NCBI GenBank assembly: GCA_021613535.1
Contig: CP075495.1
Location: 12,028,001-12,092,000, forward strand
Origin: Adineta vaga
Lineage: Eukaryota; Animalia; Rotifera
Direction of reading: 5' to 3'
Length of the DNA: 64,000 bases
The position numbers and the translations under genes were made by a program. Below, piece by piece: positions 26,540 through 39,543 of this stretch. Within the stretch, counting starts at the first letter, position 1. Every line of letters begins with the position of its first letter. The notes under the pieces were generated by a model. It worked only from the letters and a program-made list of their open reading frames with translations. It did not search any database and was not told where the DNA came from.

Positions 26540-27388
26540 ATGGAATCTACAATTGCAGCCTATTCTTCTTTACTTCTTATGATACTCGGTACGACAATGA
26601 ACATCTTAACATTAATTATTCTATGTCGATCAACATTTCGAAATCTAAGAGTAAAGCCAACAATCTATTATATGCGTGCAATAGCAGTGTTTGACATTTT
26701 AATGTTATATGGTTGGAATTTCGATCATTATCTTTTACCAATACATGGATTTACTATACAACGATTATCAATACCATCATGTCGATTAATGTCTTTTTTA
26801 AATTATTTTACTGCTCAATCATCTGCATGGTTACGTGTTTTTGCCTCTATTGATCGATATTTAATTCTAAGTCGTCCAAACCGTAGATGGTTTATTGATT
26901 CAAGATATATTCTTATTCTCATAGCAAGTATTATCTTAGTAATTGCTTTACTTAATCTACATTTTCTTATCTTCGGTTGTTCTTACGGAGTGAACGGAGC
27001 AATTAGCGTGCATTCATGGTTATTTGCAGTTTATCCTCTATGGGATTTTGTAAATTTAGCTGTCTATAATTGTATACCGTTCATATTAATGATTTTATTT
27101 AATATCGGAGTCATTTATCATCTATTTTATCTACGTACATCAAATGTTATTCAACATTTTCGTGTTCAACATCGATCGATTTCAATAACATTACTTACTA
27201 CAACATTTCTCTTTTTAACCATGACTATCCCAGCAACGGTAGCTTTTGCATTGTTTTCGACGTCAGACTCAATCCTTCTGCGATTTTTGGATAATCTACT
27301 CTATTCATATCATATAACATCGTTTCCCCTATATTTAATTACATTTCGTAAATTTCGACGAGCACTTCTGAAGTTTATTCAACGGTAA
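26540..27388 (+). CDS. Intronless orphan GPCR (copy 5)
   Basis: 282 aa, 7TM, DRY, very short termini. Confidence 0.9.
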   Translation: MESTIAAYSSLLLMILGTTMNILTLIILCRSTFRNLRVKPTIYYMRAIAVFDILMLYGWNFDHYLLPIHGFTIQRLSIPSCRLMSFLNYFTAQSSAWLRVFASIDRYLILSRPNRRWFIDSRYILILIASIILVIALLNLHFLIFGCSYGVNGAISVHSWLFAVYPLWDFVNLAVYNCIPFILMILFNIGVIYHLFYLRTSNVIQHFRVQHRSISITLLTTTFLFLTMTIPATVAFALFSTSDSILLRFLDNLLYSYHITSFPLYLITFRKFRRALLKFIQR

Positions 27389-27581
27389 AACAAATCTTCA
27401 ACGATCTCGATCATTTTCTTACTGTACTAACATGAGAAGTTAATTTGGAATGCTGAAATCTATTTTTAAAAAGAAAAACAAACTATAACAGTATTAATGT
27501 ACAAAAAACCACATCCGAAAGAGAGAGAAAAAAACCACATCAACTGTTCGTTTTTGTTTCTAGAGAAATCAATGCACATCT

Positions 27582-30500
27582 TCACTGGCACATATCAATT
27601 GTAATCGTTCGATTCGATAATGATGAATCCGATAAAGTCCGTTGATTTAATTTTGAATGATTATTTCTCATCTTTCGATGATGTCTTCTTGTTACTATTA
27701 ATGATAAATTATTCATTAATGTGATTGATAAAAACCATCGAAAACGTATCGATTTTCTTCTTTGTTGTTCAAGAATTTGTTTTTCATCAATAAGTAAAAC
27801 ATGTTTTTCACGGCGTCGTTTATCTAATATATTCATATAAATAATTTGTGTAAATGTTATCAATATTGGATGTGTATGTAAAGCTTCAACATAAATATAT
27901 GATTTATACGCTGTATAACCATTATCGATGCTTTCTAAACTTCGTCCAAAGATACTATAATCCAATCTTGGCATATAAAGTATTAGAGCAATTGATGATT
28001 TAAATAAACGTAATATACATGAGAATATACCAAGAAAACAATCGAAGAAAAAATTGAAATAAACAAATAGAAAATAAGCATGACGATTTTCTAATGTAAA
28101 TAAATGAGATTCATCGTCGTCATCATCATCATCATCATTATTGGGTGATGATGTCGATGAATTTGATGAATCAACATAAATTGCTTGATCTAAATTAGAA
28201 AATAAGCGTTTGTTTCAATGGATGAAATTTGTTATTTTTATTACCTTGTCTTTCATTATAAAGATCTTGTTGATTTCGTCGTTGTTTTTCAATATTTTGT
28301 TTTAAATTTCTATGTGATCGTATAACTCTCAAGAAAAAATATTTTGTTAAACAATAAACAATAATATGTTTTAATGCAAATAGAATAATTAATGGTGCAA
28401 GAACTTTCAAAACAATTTTAACTAATAATGGATGAATAAATAGAATTTTGAGTAATAAACATAGAATAAATAATGCATAGTTAATAATAACAAAACCGTA
28501 TGCAAGATAACCAACTTGATAACCTGAATAATGAAATGATCGTTGTAGAATACATGACGATGAAATTGAATCTTGATGTTTTTTTTCATATTTTCCTCGA
28601 TAAAAATTTAACATATCGATTTGATATCGTTTTAAACCAAGAAATAATTGAATGATATAAATAAAAAATGATAATAAACTTGAAATATAGATTTCACGTT
28701 GAAAAGATAAATTTTCAAATGATTTTAATGAAAAATTTAAATTTGTTAAATTAATTAATTTAAGTAAAACATTTCCAGTTAATGTCATAAGAATTTTCAA
28801 TGTAAATGTACTGGAAAATATGACTAAACATGTTAAATAATAGAGAACAAGAAATGAAACCGTATATGTAAATAAGACTAATAATGAAAAACGAAAATAA
28901 GCTCGTGGTTTATAAAATAAATGAATGAAATTAAAACAATTGCTTTCTTCATACAATGTTTGAGTATAGAAATAATAATTTGAACATGATCGTTGACGTT
29001 TCTTATTAATTAAAAGACTTTTTGTATAGTACCAATCATTATCATATTCAATCGATGTTGTATTATATGTTGAATTCGTTGATGAATTCCATCGATCACT
29101 GTTACCTTTACAACGAATGAATAAATGACGTAATGTTAATGTATAAAATCTCGCTATAATATGTCCGAGTGCAACATAATGTGGAAGACATTTCATTAAG
29201 ATATAATGTATTCGTGTAACTTCAATTTGTGTTCGAGTTTTTAAATTAAGTAATGATGTTAATGTTCCGACACAATTTGCTTCGAAATAAACCGATAAGA
29301 GAAGATCACATGTTAGAAAAATTGATGTTAAAAATGTGGATAAAAATGATGGAATATTTAATGATAATAGAATTGGAAAATATCGTGAACCATAAAGAAT
29401 AATTAAACCAAGACGACGAACAAGATCAAATAGAATTCCATGATGTAAATTTAAACTTGATGAAAATAAGATTTCATATAATAATGTTATTAATTGATTG
29501 GATATAATTGCAAAAACAATAACAGTATGAAAACGATTCGTTTTTTGAAAAGGATTAACAATAATTGGAAAAGATAAATTTTGAAAAAAACTTTTCTTCT
29601 TATCCGAATTTATGATTGTATGTATGATAAAAAGAAAGATTGTTAGAAGAAATGATAATGGTAACATAAGAATATTTTGATTCGAATTTGTATTACCAAT
29701 TATTTGACATATATAAGATTTAGTTGATTGATTCTTGTGTGATTTGTCAAGATCTTGATTATAGATAGAACTAGCACGTTGGACACAAATATAAACAAGT
29801 GAGATTCCAGCAACAGTAACTGTTATGAATGATTGAATAAATGTTAATAGACCATCTGTAATAGGTTTTGAACGATGACGTTTTGAAATTTTTGTTTGAT
29901 TTGGACGAGGATTAGGTAATGGAGGTGGAATTCCGGATTTTTTATATTCAGATCGTGGTGATTTTGAAAAAGTGAATAAACGAATAAATTTTCTGTAGAA
30001 TCCTCGAAAGAGACAATCGGATGAATTAGTGGAGATGTATTTATCACTAAATAAAAAAAAAAGATATACAATTGTAATTTAAGTCTTTCGAATGATTTCA
30101 TTTCATAAATGTCGCCTTTAGTCAATCGGCTTATCTTACCTCTGTTCATTTCGTCTTTGTCTTCGACGATTATTTTTATATTTTTGTGATCGTTTACATA
30201 AACAAATAATTATACAAGCTATTGCAATAAATAAACTAGCTGCAATCACTTGTATCGCTTCAGAACTATCTACAATACCATAATATAAAAATCATATAAA
30301 TATTCATTTAAAATTTTTTTTCTTGCGAAATACGTACATATATCACAATAAATTCCATCATAAAGAAACGTACATTCACAATCAAATGTTGTTCCATCAT
30401 TTTTACATACACCATGAATTCCACATTGTTCATTTTCAAAACAATGATCAACTTCTATAGAAAGAATAAGGAGAGTAGAAGAAGATAATAATATTTAATT

Positions 30501-32274
30501 AGAAATAAATACGTACTTATTTTACAAAGTGCACGTTCAGTTTTTGTACATTCTTGTTGCATCAAACCAAATAAAATTGTTGTATCATTCGGTCGTAATA
30601 ATTCGACTTTACCACATGGTTTTTGTTGTTCATAGGGAAAAATAATATTATTCGCAGCAATGACACTTGGTGGAGTTTCAATGAAATTGACTTCACGTCC
30701 ATTTAACCATAACCATGATTCTACAAATATATATATATATAGTACGGGGAAAAAAAGCATCCATTTATTTACTATTTCGATAACTAAAACCAATATAAGC
30801 TCCAAATTCTGTAGCTGATCGGTTGAAATCACCGAGAATTTGTCGAACATAATCAAATTCCGTTTCATCATCAAGTAATGCTAGACCACCTGCATTTTTT
30901 TCTATATTACTATGAAAATGATTTTGACATAAATTATCAGCTTGAGACCATGTTACAGCTTGATTCGTTAATGAATAACAACTACCACGATAAGCAAATA
31001 AAAATACTGATGATGTTGGTCCAAAATTTTGACAGTAGTCTGAAAGAAAATACTGATATTCATTAGTCATTCGATAGAGACAAGTAAATGCGATTCACAC
31101 GTTCAAATATATATATGTATATCTACGTAGTCAGTTGTTAATTATGTATGCATAATTGCACACCGCTTGTCGTTCAAGTGCTAACACAACAAATGAAGGT
31201 GACATTAAATGAGCGGCATGAAGAGTATGAACTATCAATGAGGTGAATCAGAACGGCTCAAAATGCTCTATCTGTTAATAAGCCGTATCCGTATGGAACA
31301 AAGAATGAAAAAGAATAAGAAGTGTAAAAACACACCTTCAGCAATTGTCGATGTCGAGTAGATATTATTGTCCGTAGCATGAGTAATGTTATTTGTATTT
31401 GCCTGATTAACCAGACGCTTTTGTGAAGTATCAGATGGAACAATTGGTGGCTGATAACGTGGATTATTATTTGAAAATTTCGTTTTTAAATTACGATATT
31501 CTGTGAAAAAAAATGAGAATCAAATAGCATGTTCAATAACAAATATGATTAGTTTTAATGTAACATAAACACTCCTGATTGTTCATAAATATCTATTTCA
31601 ATGTATTATGATCTCCTTCTCTTCGGTCTCTTCCAATGGGAATGAATACCACCTGCTATGTTCATCATCTTCAAGGTGCTAGTGGCATTACGATTTGCAT
31701 CTCAAATCATTTTTTTTTCTTGGTCTTGCCTGAAGCTGTTGACATCTCCTTGAAATCATATATCCTCAATTGTCTTTAGGAATTCAATTGATGATTAGCT
31801 TTTCAACATCGTAAATCGATTTATCTTTCGATCATTTGCTCGCTACTTGCTACAGTCGGCCTAGTTTCTAGATGATGATGAATGTGTATAATTGTTTTAT
31901 CATCTCTCCTCGGGCAAGATCAAAACGTTTTCTTCTTTTCTGTTATCTTTCGACTCAAATCATACGACGCTGTCAATATATGTTCTTCAGACATATATCA
32001 CCTTAAGCTCATATAAGACAATATCGAAGTCACTTGACTCACAGACTATCACAGAGGAAAAGATTGTCAGCTACTGAAAAAAGACAACGTATTCTATCTC
32101 CCGAGATAAGAGAACTTATTTATGATACTTACTAGTTGATGCTTTTCGACGAAGTTTTTGAAGAATATTCCCATTAGTATTGGAAGGATCATGCTGAAAT
32201 AATCCATCAGTAGCAATTGATGAAATAATAGATGATAAGATGAAGAAAAGGAAGAATAGAAGGCCGAAATTCAT
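27582..32274 (-). CDS. Signal peptide-C-type lectin-EGF-multi-TM STRA6-like (RBP-receptor family) protein, about 8 coding exons
   Basis: Phase-consistent GT-AG joins from ATG 32274 through CTL (CYSL..TWSQADNLC..YIG..WLWLNG..C), EGF (CFENEQCGIHGVCKN..CECTFLYDGIYC) and a TM, into the 490-aa ORF with STRA6-like YSGYQVGYLAYGF, then a last exon with RLDYSIFGRSLESIDNGY...HPILITF. Confidence 0.82.
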
Positions 32275-35200
32275 ATCTAAAAATGTAGTCACAACATCCA
32301 ATTGTTTAATCTGTATATATATATATATATATGTATGACGTCTCGTTCACGTATATGAATATGCCTATATGAGCAACAACAATCATAATTTTTCTCTCTC
32401 TCTCCTTCTCTTCTCTTCTCTTCTCGCTTCTCTTTCTCTTTCGTTCTTTTCTCTTTTATTTACATACACTGATTGAACAGTATTGACTTCTTTATGTGCG
32501 TGCATGTCTCTTTTTTTTTCGGGACGACTGCGCTTCTTCTCTTTTGTTCCCTTTTTTCTGTGTATTCTAATAATACAAATTACCATATCATAGTTAATTA
32601 TAGTTCATATGTTCAAGGCTAATCACGCGAATTCAAAATTGGCTCTCTATTGTCTTTATTTCTATCAGTAAGAGAATTCAAACTTTTCAATCTCACAGTT
32701 TCTTGTTAATTTGGTGATTTTATTATATTCCGTTGAATGATCATAAAACGATGATGGAGACGCATTTAAAAGTGATTGCACAATAAACAACAATAAGAGG
32801 AAAAGAAATAAGTAGGACCGGATCGTTTTTGAAAGTGTGAATGCGAGAATGGCGATGTCCGAGTAAATATCACGTCTGCTTAACAAAATCTTAAGTCATA
32901 AAAATACGAAAGAAGAAGAAGAAGAAAAAAACTTCATCTCTTTATGTAAATGCTTCTTACTGGCAGCATCTTTTTACGTTTATGCAATAACGCAAGTAGT
33001 TGCTAGTACCGTTCAATTAGATGTTACGACAATATGTACCATCACGTTCGTATACTCAAGTATACTAATAAGAAAGAAAGAATTTTTTTTCTTCTTTTAC
33101 TTCAACTCTATATGTATATATGTCACTTCTTTAAGACATAAAAAGGTACTCGTTTAATTGAATATTCAAGTACTTTATGCTGCTGTTGCCATTACCATGA
33201 TGACAAAATGAACAGTTGTTGTCTTCTTCTTTTTTTTCGGTCTTACGTCATTTCGTGGCAATAATTGAAATAGAAATTGAAGTGAATAGAAAAAATCAAT
33301 GATTGATCATGCACACTTCTCATGACATATCGTTGAGATAAGCTGATGATTAGTAGTGTAGCATGAACGGTATATGAAATTTGTACATACATATAGATGT
33401 CGAAATGTCTTTGATCAAAAGTAATGATAAGGCAAAGTAGTTGATTTCATTTTCTCTCGTTTAATAATTAACGATGATGCCCTTCAAAATCGAATATAGA
33501 CAAAGGGCGGATCGTTCTCAAATCATCACTTAGAAAATGAATGGGTGACAATAATAACACTCGAAAAGAGATAATAGAATTCTTTTGGAATATGATCTTC
33601 GAATGAATGAATGAATGAATGAACATATGAGAATGTTTTAATTGTATCCATGTATTGTTAGACATAATAGTTCATAAAAAACGGCTACTCCTATTGTTGA
33701 CGTAACATTGACTATAGGGGGGCAGTCAACTACTCCGCCCATCCAATGTCTCTCATGAGTATCATTTAACCAGCAGTAAGCAAGTTGGCACACACATAAC
33801 CTCTTGTAATCGGTAAGTGCTACCAGACAACTATTCTTTCTATCCAATATTCCCTCTTCACTTGATGAACGGATCGTTTGTGCATAATAATGCCATCCAT
33901 TTATTTTGTTCGATATTCGTAGGCGCGCGCTTTTGCGTTTGCAAACAAATGAATTACTTCAAGAGGCAAAACATGTATACAGGTGAACGTGTAATTCGAG
34001 AGAGCATACTAGTAGCTGTTCTTGCTAGTGGCAGACAGATACGCCCTCGTATGCATGTATATGTTTGTATGCATACCTCTCTTTATATCATACTCAAGAA
34101 CCTTCATTCTATTAAGCGACGACAACGACAACTAAAGTGCTTGTATAAGTAAACATGAAGTGAAGACTCTTCTCGTTTCGCAGACAACAGAGTAAATAGA
34201 CGATCAACAGACAGACAATCTAGGTCATCATGCTCCTTTAATTTTAATTCTTTTTGTCTTCTTTGGGTTTTTTTTCCTTCTTCTTCTTCTTTTATTCATG
34301 TTAATTGATCAAATGATCATCATTGAATAAAGTCATTTATCACTCTCATCCTCAATCTAACGATCATCACTGTCATTATCTCAAGGACATGATTTTAGAC
34401 ACACGCCTTTTTATATTCATTGTCTTTATAAAGATATTGGACAGAACGTCAATTATTCGAAAGTACTTTATTTTTGCTTGTCAATCAATTCCTCCTTACA
34501 TAACAAGCGCTTATACATATATAAATATATATTTCTATTTCTATATGTATATGCGATGAATGAAGTTCGAGTGATAATCGAAAACAATCCATACAAGCGC
34601 TTGTATTAACTGCTTGACATGTAATCGAAATACATTCCAACACGTTTATTCTTTCTTTCTTTCTTCTTTGTTAGCTTTCGATCATCGAATATATGTGTAT
34701 GAAGATGAATGTACATCGAATCATTCTCATCTAAAGTTAATTCCTGATGTCATGGACGTTACGTGATAGAATAAGTATGTGTACCAAAAGCTCAATCAAA
34801 ACGGACGATATGATCTCTAAAGAAGAAGTCCTTCGTGAATGTAGATCAAATGTACCGCAAACGTATACACACACACCAGACAAGATAACAAGTGCAGCAA
34901 AATAAAGAAAAGATTAATCAGTAGGAGATATTAAAAATAAACAATCAATACAAAAATTTCTGTGATGTCTCGAGGTCATCATTCTTTTCGTCTTACCTGT
35001 TCAAATCCAATAAAATCACATTCAATTATCGTTGATCAATTGTATTGTGATCGTGAAAGTCTTTTTTTGTTCAAATGAGACGAACATTTCCTTTCGTTTA
35101 TGATCATTTGCATCCTACTTCTTACTTCTACTACAATTTAAAACGTCGCTCTTTGTCTTTCCTCTCCTCCTCCTCCTCCTCCTCCATCTCTTCTCTCCCA

Positions 35201-35868
35201 CTCATATTGATGTATGCATACATATTGTATTCATCACAATCACCTATTCGTTATACATATATATATATATATACATATATAGTACATACATACATGTAGG
35301 AGATCAATAATCATAGCGCAGGTAAAAAAAGAGATGGAATTACAGCTATTGTTCCAACATTATATATATATATGTATGTATGTAAGACATATTCTTATGC
35401 AAGCCACCTCCTCATTGTCGCACCTTTTTTTTAAGTTATATTATACAATGATGACGGAGGAGTCTGACGCAGTCCAGCCGATAATCGTCATGTTTGTTTT
35501 ATAATGAGTATAGCCACTGTTTCTCCATTTACATCTACACCCACCTATGGTGTAAACTGTCAGTATGTCTGAAGACATAAAGAATTCGCTTTTTTTCTCT
35601 TTGTATAACATCTCATTTGTTCCATTTATTCATTCAATCTGTCTGTCTTGTATGTCAATCACTTAAATGAGAATAAATTTTCATTTATCATCATTCCTAT
35701 CATAATATATGTGTATTTCAGTAAACACAAAAATAAAACAAAAACAACAAGAGAAGAACAAATAAAAGTTGACATAATGATAATATTATCTATATACAAA
35801 TAATGAACAATACATGTACATATATATATATATAGAAAAATAAACAAATCAAATCAGATAAGCTAGAA

Positions 35869-37306
35869 TTAGTTCAGATCTTTCGGTGCTGCATCGACAA
35901 TACCTTCTGGTCCAATAGCAAAAACTGCATCTGTTTCAGGTAGACATGGACTATCTGCAACATGACATATACGTGAATCACCTTTGCCTTTTTTTAAATA
36001 AAGCCTACAATGAATATTGGAATCAATGATGAAAACTGAAGTTAAATAAACATAAGCTTATTCTTACCGTGTTGTTGATGCATGAGCCATAATATTACCA
36101 CCAATAGGTTTCTTTTGATCACCATACATTGCTTGACCATCGACTTGAGCAACAACTTGATTAGTAAGAATAACAGCAACACCAAACTAATAAGATTTTG
36201 TTATGATAAATTCAATCAATAATAAAAGAAAAATCTATTTGATATGAACAAACCTCATCGGTTATACGTAATAACATACGCATGAATTTTGCTAATTGCA
36301 TTTGCCGATTTGCTAATTCACCACGGCCAGAATAATCAGTTCGAAAAAGTGATGTTGAACTATCAACAATTAATACAGCATATCTATAAAATAATATAAA
36401 ACGAAAGTTTGTTTTCAAGTAAAAATAAATACAGTTTCCTTCTTTTTCTTTACCTTGATTCACACATCATAGCTGTAGCCATGTATAATAATTGAATTTG
36501 ATGATCAGTATTATAAGCACGAGCATAAGCAATATTATCAAGAACATCTTGACCGGAAAGGCCATATCGTTCAGCAATAGCTAACAATCGTTCAGGTCGA
36601 AATGTGCCTTCTGTATCAATATAGATTGCTTTGCCTTCACCACCACCCATATCAATTGGTAACTATAAACATCATCGAATGAAGAAAAAAAAGTGAATGA
36701 TTTTGATATGAAAATTTCAATGATCACTAATCTACCTGACAAGTTACAGCAACTTGATGACATAGTTGACTTTTACCACAACGATATTCACCATATAATT
36801 CAGTGATGGAACCCGTTTCAAAACCGCCTTGTAATTGTTTATCAAGTTCTTTTGAACCTGTTGTTAATTGAATAATTTCGGATCGTTTTTGATGATATTC
36901 CGTAGCTGTTGTAAAACCCATTGGTACTAATTTCGCTGCTTCAGCCTGAATATCATATATTTAGATATTCATCAGATTTGTTTTTCATATATACAAGAAA
37001 ACTTACAGCTAATTTATCAGCTTTTGCATCGCTAATACCTTTCACAGCTAAAAGACTTTTTCGTGGTGCAAAAGCAATCGATTCCACTGTGCAAAATCCA
37101 GCTTCTTGTAGTTTTTTCAAATCAGCATTGCCAATACCACATGATTTATCTAATTTATTGATAGGTGTTGGTCCACCTACATCATTATCCACTGATACAC
37201 TATCATTGATTTGAATAGAAGAATCGGTAACAGTAGTTGCTGGTTGTGCTGAGGCTGTTGTTTCTTTTTCAGCTATGGAATCTCGTGTTTTAGTTTTTGC
37301 TGGCAT
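35869..37306 (-). CDS. RAD51: DNA repair recombinase RAD51, about 6 exons
   Basis: [26 protein letters not shown], Walker [59 protein letters not shown]. Confidence 0.96.
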
Positions 37307-38315
37307 TTTTTTTACAAGAAAAAGGAGATGAAATGTTCTGATGGAAGACTGAACTGAGTTTATATAGCAGAAACTCGATGCACTCAGACAATGACCAACG
37401 GTCGATCTTCAGACAATGAGTAACGAATTTCATCATCTTTCTTTGTTTTTAGTTCGTTCGTTCGTACATACTCAGAAAAGGACTAGTACATCAATTTAAT
37501 CATATTTTTATCTGATTTTTATATATTTGAATGTTTTACGAGGAAGAAAATGAATATTTTTCTTTTCAAAAAATCGTTATAATGAACGGTAGATGTCATG
37601 CATCTCTATGTACATATATTCTAGTTATGATTCGTTCAACCAATCCAATATTTACCGTTTGTAAACGACTTCTAACATTAACTGAAAAGAATTTTATTGT
37701 TTAGCAACAAAATGACAACTGTTGCTGAGCAAGTCTTTCATATCCTATTCTTCCTTTTTATCCATCTTGTTCATAATCATAAGGATCGTTAGACAAGGAT
37801 TGAAATCTCTTTAGAAATGTTTTCTTTTCTATGTATGTAGTACTATTATAGCAGTCTGAAAGAAAGAGTACTTCTAATCAAGTGATAGTCTATCGAATAG
37901 ATTACATTTTATAGATCGATAGAGAATACGATGAAAACGATTTCCTGCAATACCTTTCTTTTCCGGAAACGGACTTTTCTTTGCTTCATTCTTCTTTCAT
38001 CGACATTCATACCTTTGAATAGAACTATTCTTAACCTCATTTTTACGTACTCATTAATGAAGAAAAGAAGTTTGAACTACTCTATCTGTTTCCTTTTCTA
38101 ATACGAATGCATTCTATACATGTGCTTAAAAAGAATTACAGACTAATCTCTCATGCAATAATTCTCTGAATTTCATGCTTTTCTAAGGGTTGAATCTATC
38201 CAAAAAAAAAAGAAGGATTTGTTGGTTTAATAGACAGCTATGTAATTTATTTGATAAATAATGACAAATAATATACAATAATTGACATCTTTGGCTTTTT
38301 TCCTTACTTATAGAT

Positions 38316-39051
38316 ATGACTTCTTCTCGAGTATTTTTTGATGTTTATGCTGATAGTACATCTCTTGGTCGAATTGTTTTCGAATTATTTGATAATGAAT
38401 GTCCAAAAACATGTGAAAATTTTCGAGCATTATGTACAATGGAAAAAGGTTATGGATATAAATCTTCTATATTACATCGTGTGATTCGTGGATATTTTCT
38501 CCAAGGTAAAGAGCTAAATGAATCATTATTGATCTATTATTTGTTTTTGTTTTTTTCAGGAGGTGATTTTACATCGTATGTATTCTTGTCTTTGATTTTC
38601 TATAATATTTCATTTGTTTTTTTTCCTTCTTCTGTCTCTTCTATGATATTAGATACAATGGAACAGGTGTATGTATTTTATATATGAACTAAAGAAATGT
38701 ATGAAATTGTATATCCATTCGTTTAGGGAAAATCGATATTTGGTAAAAAATTTGATGATGAAAGTTTTACGCGAAAATTTACAACTCCTGGTTTATTAGC
38801 AATGGCTAATCAAGGTATAATCATATTAGTTTGTTTTAGAAAAATAATATTATTATTATTTTCAAGGCCCCAATACTAATACATCACAATTTTTTATCAC
38901 ACTTTTACCATGTCCATGGTTAAATGGTAAAAATGTTATATTTGGTCAAGTTGTTGAAGGTTTTGATGTAATTAAACAAGTCGAAACGTATGGAAGTGAT
39001 ACAGGTGTTCCAACACGACGTATTCTTATTCAAGAATGTGGGCAATTATAA
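38316..39051 (+). CDS. Cyclophilin-type peptidyl-prolyl isomerase, 5 exons including two 16-nt microexons
   Basis: [26 protein letters not shown]|GDFTS|YNGTG|[14 protein letters not shown]|[23 protein letters not shown]. Confidence 0.93.
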
Positions 39052-39161
39052 ACAATTTGATTTGTTTTCGTTGCAGTGAATCTCTCTTTTAAATTCACCG
39101 TCCGTTTTCAAATTTATTTCTTCGATTTTGTTTTTTAAATTTAAATATTCAATTATATAAT

Positions 39162-39181
39162 ATGTGTGTGTGTGTGTGTGT
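39162..39181. repeat. (TG)n microsatellite
   Basis: Direct observation of a TG run. Confidence 0.8.
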
Positions 39182-39543
39182 TTCTAGGAGTAAGAAAAGA
39201 AAAAGAGAAATGACATTTAGAGAATAATCAATCGACTGATAAAATGTAAAATATAATTCATTTTATAGGAAAAAAAAAGGAATCTATTATGTGCATAGCA
39301 AATGTAAGAAAAGAGGAAGAGAGTGTTAGACGAGTAGTCTTGCAATATGAACGTTGCATTTCTTTCTAATTTTCTACTTTTTCCTCTTCAAGACGAGAAA
39401 GAGAAAAGGAAAAGAAATACTCGCTATATAATCTGCAAGAATCTTTTTTTTCTTCTTCATTTCTTCTCACAACTTCTAACTTGATGAATAAAACGATTTA
39501 CTTAGTTTACATTCTATAGATTTGCTAACCATTATAAGCAAAC

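Noticed and set aside
34745-34775. TGTCATGGA resembling a miR-281-type seed
   Set aside because: Only the seed matches and no convincing hairpin was seen.
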